Program-made: the position numbers and the translations under genes | Assembly: GCA_036172245.1 (NCBI GenBank) | Contig: JAYWIR010000028.1 | Span: forward strand, 806,001-870,000 | Reading direction: 5' to 3' | Source: Raillietiella orientalis | Taxonomy: Eukaryota | Length of the DNA: 64,000 nucleotides | Shown here: positions 48,600 through 64,000 of the stretch, piece by piece | Layout: each line of letters begins with the position of its first letter | How positions within the stretch are numbered: the first letter of the stretch is position 1 | Notes under the pieces: model-generated | The model's database searches: none | Told to the model about the DNA's origin: nothing | Seen by the model: the letters and a program-made list of their open reading frames with translations, nothing else

Positions 48600-51100
48600 G
48601 GTCAAACCGAAGACCAGGAAATGAGATTTCCAGTGCGCCGCAGCACGTCCGTTGTCACATTTCGTGATGCCCCGACGAATCAGAAATGATTTCTTGCCAA
48701 GCGAACACCAACGAATGGGTCACCATCACTTATAATCAGAGCCGCGAGGTTCCAGAAGCAGCGCGAAATTGCACAGCCCCCAACTCTTCATTAGTGAGTT
48801 CTCTCCATGTCGGGGGTTCCCTCGCGTCCGCTTCTATCCCCAAAGGGGTTACCAAACTCGCTCAACTCGAAAGAAAGCTGGATAGCTTCAAGCGAATGCC
48901 TGCAGCCTAGTCGTCTGCGACCCTCGCCGAGGAAAACTCTTTCCTTGGTGAAAATGGAATGGAGCATCCGCGAAGAACGCTTGCGATGCCCGCATGGCCA
49001 GGTTTCAAAGAACCCCTCCTTGCAGGTCACTTTGGGCAGGTTGCTCATGCGAGCAGCAGCAATTGCCGCGCATCTTTTGACACATGAGAGAACGATCAAG
49101 AAGACTGCATCACGCACGCTACACTCCGTCTCCCTCCCTCCTTCTCTGGATCTCCCCAGGAGTCTAGGCTGTGCTGAGGGAAACGCCCCAGAGGGATTGA
49201 AAAAAAAAAAAAAAAAATCACGAGGAACAACCTCTTCAAAGTCCCGTCCTTCGTTTCCGGGCTTCTCCGGTCTAGACGAGACCAAACCACTTTTCATGCA
49301 TTGCCATCCTCACAGATTCCAGCTCGCAGGGACAAAGGGGTCTGCTGGATACGTTCCTTGCTAAGGGAAAGCCATGATTCCAAGACGGGCGACCGCGCAT
49401 CATTTGGAATCACTCGAGGAACGCGAGATCTTTCTTTGCTCAGAGCGGCTGAAGAGCAACAGAGATGACCATTCTGGCTCTCAATGCGCAAACAGCAGCT
49501 CAGGACTTTCAAAAAAGTAATTTTCCATCAATGTTCTTAAAATGTAATGATGGCAATTCCGTTTAAAATCTCTCTGCAGAAATTCAAAATGCTTAGCTTC
49601 ATGAAGATAACGTAGACAAAGATCAATTATTCCAGCATCATCAGTAGAAAAATGATTTTTTATTCAGAATTCAAAAATCCACTTTCCTCTCTAAGAACAG
49701 AATCAATTGATTGCCACTTATTCCAAGAGAACTCGAAGGTTTTCCACGTGCTTTTCTATCATGACAAATGGATTCTTTCTGAAACCTTGCAGACCACCAC
49801 TCTTAGCGGCTTCACCGCTCACCACCACCACTTCACCATCCCTCAAGTAAGAATAAAAAAACAAAAACAAAAACAGCAGAGACCTCATTTGCTTGAGATG
49901 CTTTGCAATGTCAATCCCGGTGACGATCAGTGTGCTTTTGTCTCTTCAGCATCTTTAGTTTCTAGATCTCGGTATATCTCAAGAGCTACTGGATCTTTCT
50001 TCAGAGAGGCGCCGGTATAATCTAATGGTGAAACATTCTATTCCCAGAGGAGTTTACTGGGATGTTCCCTGAGCTTTGTTTTTGGCTCGGCCGTTTGCAG
50101 CTGTTCAGCTTTAGCTGCTTTTTTGGTTTAGACGTCTGCTCTAAGCGTTCCTCCCAGTCAGCTCTCCCGAAACTCAGAAAACTGGAAGCACAAAGCCTTG
50201 TTTTCCTTTTTCTGACTGTAAAGAGCGACAAGCAGCAGAGCTAACATAGCGTCACCAACCTTTTCATTCCTGTGAACTGCCCTGGAGGAGTTTCGGTCGC
50301 TGTTCCCCTAGCCACCCTATAAAACTTCCACAAGCTGTCTCGCATTCTCTTTGAAAAGTGTGTAGTCCCCTTCAGGAGAACTTTTGTGCTTTCTCCTAGA
50401 GTGACTATCCAGATATCCAACTTTATGAGTACAGCAAGGCAGTGGGTAAGATCATCCAGAGGTTTCATGGGAATTTGGTAAACCTGAAGGAAGGGGGTTG
50501 TGATGTAGCGCGTTCCTTGAGTTTTGCCTTTAGCCCTTTCGGCTTGGCGAATCCTCTGGTATTGAAATTTCCGCACTGATTAGCCAAGTGCCTTGCGTCT
50601 GCCTTGAAGCAGCTCCCTTCGCGGCAGCGCTGCTCCCGTTTCTAGCAGCAGGGGTGGCATCCCAACTTAACATCTTTGTTCCCTTAGGTCCGCGCTAGGT
50701 CTTGAATATGGAACCCCTCTGGAAGTCAAAACTTCGAGCTTCCCACAGAAGGTTTCTGCACCCGATATTGGGAAATATCGACGGGACGCCACTTGGAAGA
50801 CTCAGGTTCATGAGAGGAATGGAAGGGCTTCCAAGTTGTCCATCCAGGACGGACAGCTGGTTTCCAGAGCCCCCAAGAACTCGTATCTCAGATCCGTTTT
50901 CACTGCCAAACAGGGATCGTTTCCATCTTCCATTTAGCCGCTATTTCCGCGAGTCCAGTGAACAGAGAATGGTACAGGAGGCGGTTGCCTTGAATTTCTT
51001 AGAACGATATTCTGAATCTCAATGATACCTTTTTTTTAAATTCTTGCCATCCCCCTTTGATCCTTTCTCCCGTTTATTGCCATCTTCAGAAAATTTGGAT
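48600..51100 (-). pseudogene. Unidentified decayed gene, divergent from the nudel-like gene
   Basis: Protein-like fragments in shifting frames (LRYEFLGALETSCPSWMDNLEALP, DYTLFKENARQLVEVL, DPVALEIYRDLETK, NPFVMIEKHVENLRVLLE). Confidence 0.25.
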
Positions 51101-51101
51101 T

Positions 51102-51132
51102 AAACGGTTCTTCGGCACATGAAGAACCGTTT
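51102..51132. repeat. Perfect hairpin, 12-bp stem and 7-nt loop
   Basis: aaacggttcttc-ggcacat-gaagaaccgttt. Confidence 0.9.
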
Positions 51133-51483
51133 GATCTTCTTGCGAAATTTGCAGTCGGCCGTCCACAAATTAATGTGTGTTTTCTCGCCTTCGTAGAAAC
51201 GGAACCCTGGAAAGTTTCCCAGTCCTCCTAAAGAGAAGGAAGGAATCAAAAGTGAGTCCTTTGTTTTCATAAGTTTGATCAGCTCAGGTACACAAACCCC
51301 CTATGGGTTTTTTCTTGCTTTTTTTTTTTTTTTTAAAGCTACGGTGTCTATCTTCATAATCATTCTGGGATTACTCTTTCGATCAGTGGACGGGGGAGGG
51401 AGAATCTGTGTTGTCGAGCAGCCAACTAAGGGATGCCTCCGAAGTTCCCAAATCCTTGACATAATCATAAGTTTTGTTAACAA

Positions 51484-64000
<12,517 letters not shown>

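Noticed and set aside
50130..50231. RADWEER resembling MRPS22 KASWEER
   Set aside because: Single short match; flanking segments are not convincingly colinear.

Overview
Eukaryotic (animal, probably ecdysozoan) genomic DNA with very short introns (mostly about 30-90 nt), many homopolymer runs and a strong fine-scale GC mosaic. Five genes can be spliced by hand into open reading frames, all on the + strand: a cytosolic carboxypeptidase (AGBL5/CCP5-like, 5' end probably outside the window), a C19orf53/LYDG10-like small basic protein, a divergent Arg-tailed histone H2B nested in the C19orf53 intron, a five-exon DNase I, and a nudel-like modular protease that runs off the right end and has two catalytically complete protease domains plus one degenerate one. 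Most of the DNA between these genes looks like intron-containing genes broken by stops and frameshifts. The best identified are ORC3 (+) and TELO2 (-), lying tail to tail. Weaker calls are a three-ZP-module gene inside the AGBL5 intron, a COMMD-like gene, a C2H2-like gene and several unidentified relics. Also present are three decayed L1/Tx1-type LINE copies, a Tigger/pogo fragment, a near-identical 424-bp inverted duplication and a perfect 38-bp palindrome. All family assignments come from hand translation and remembered reference motifs, not from database searches.
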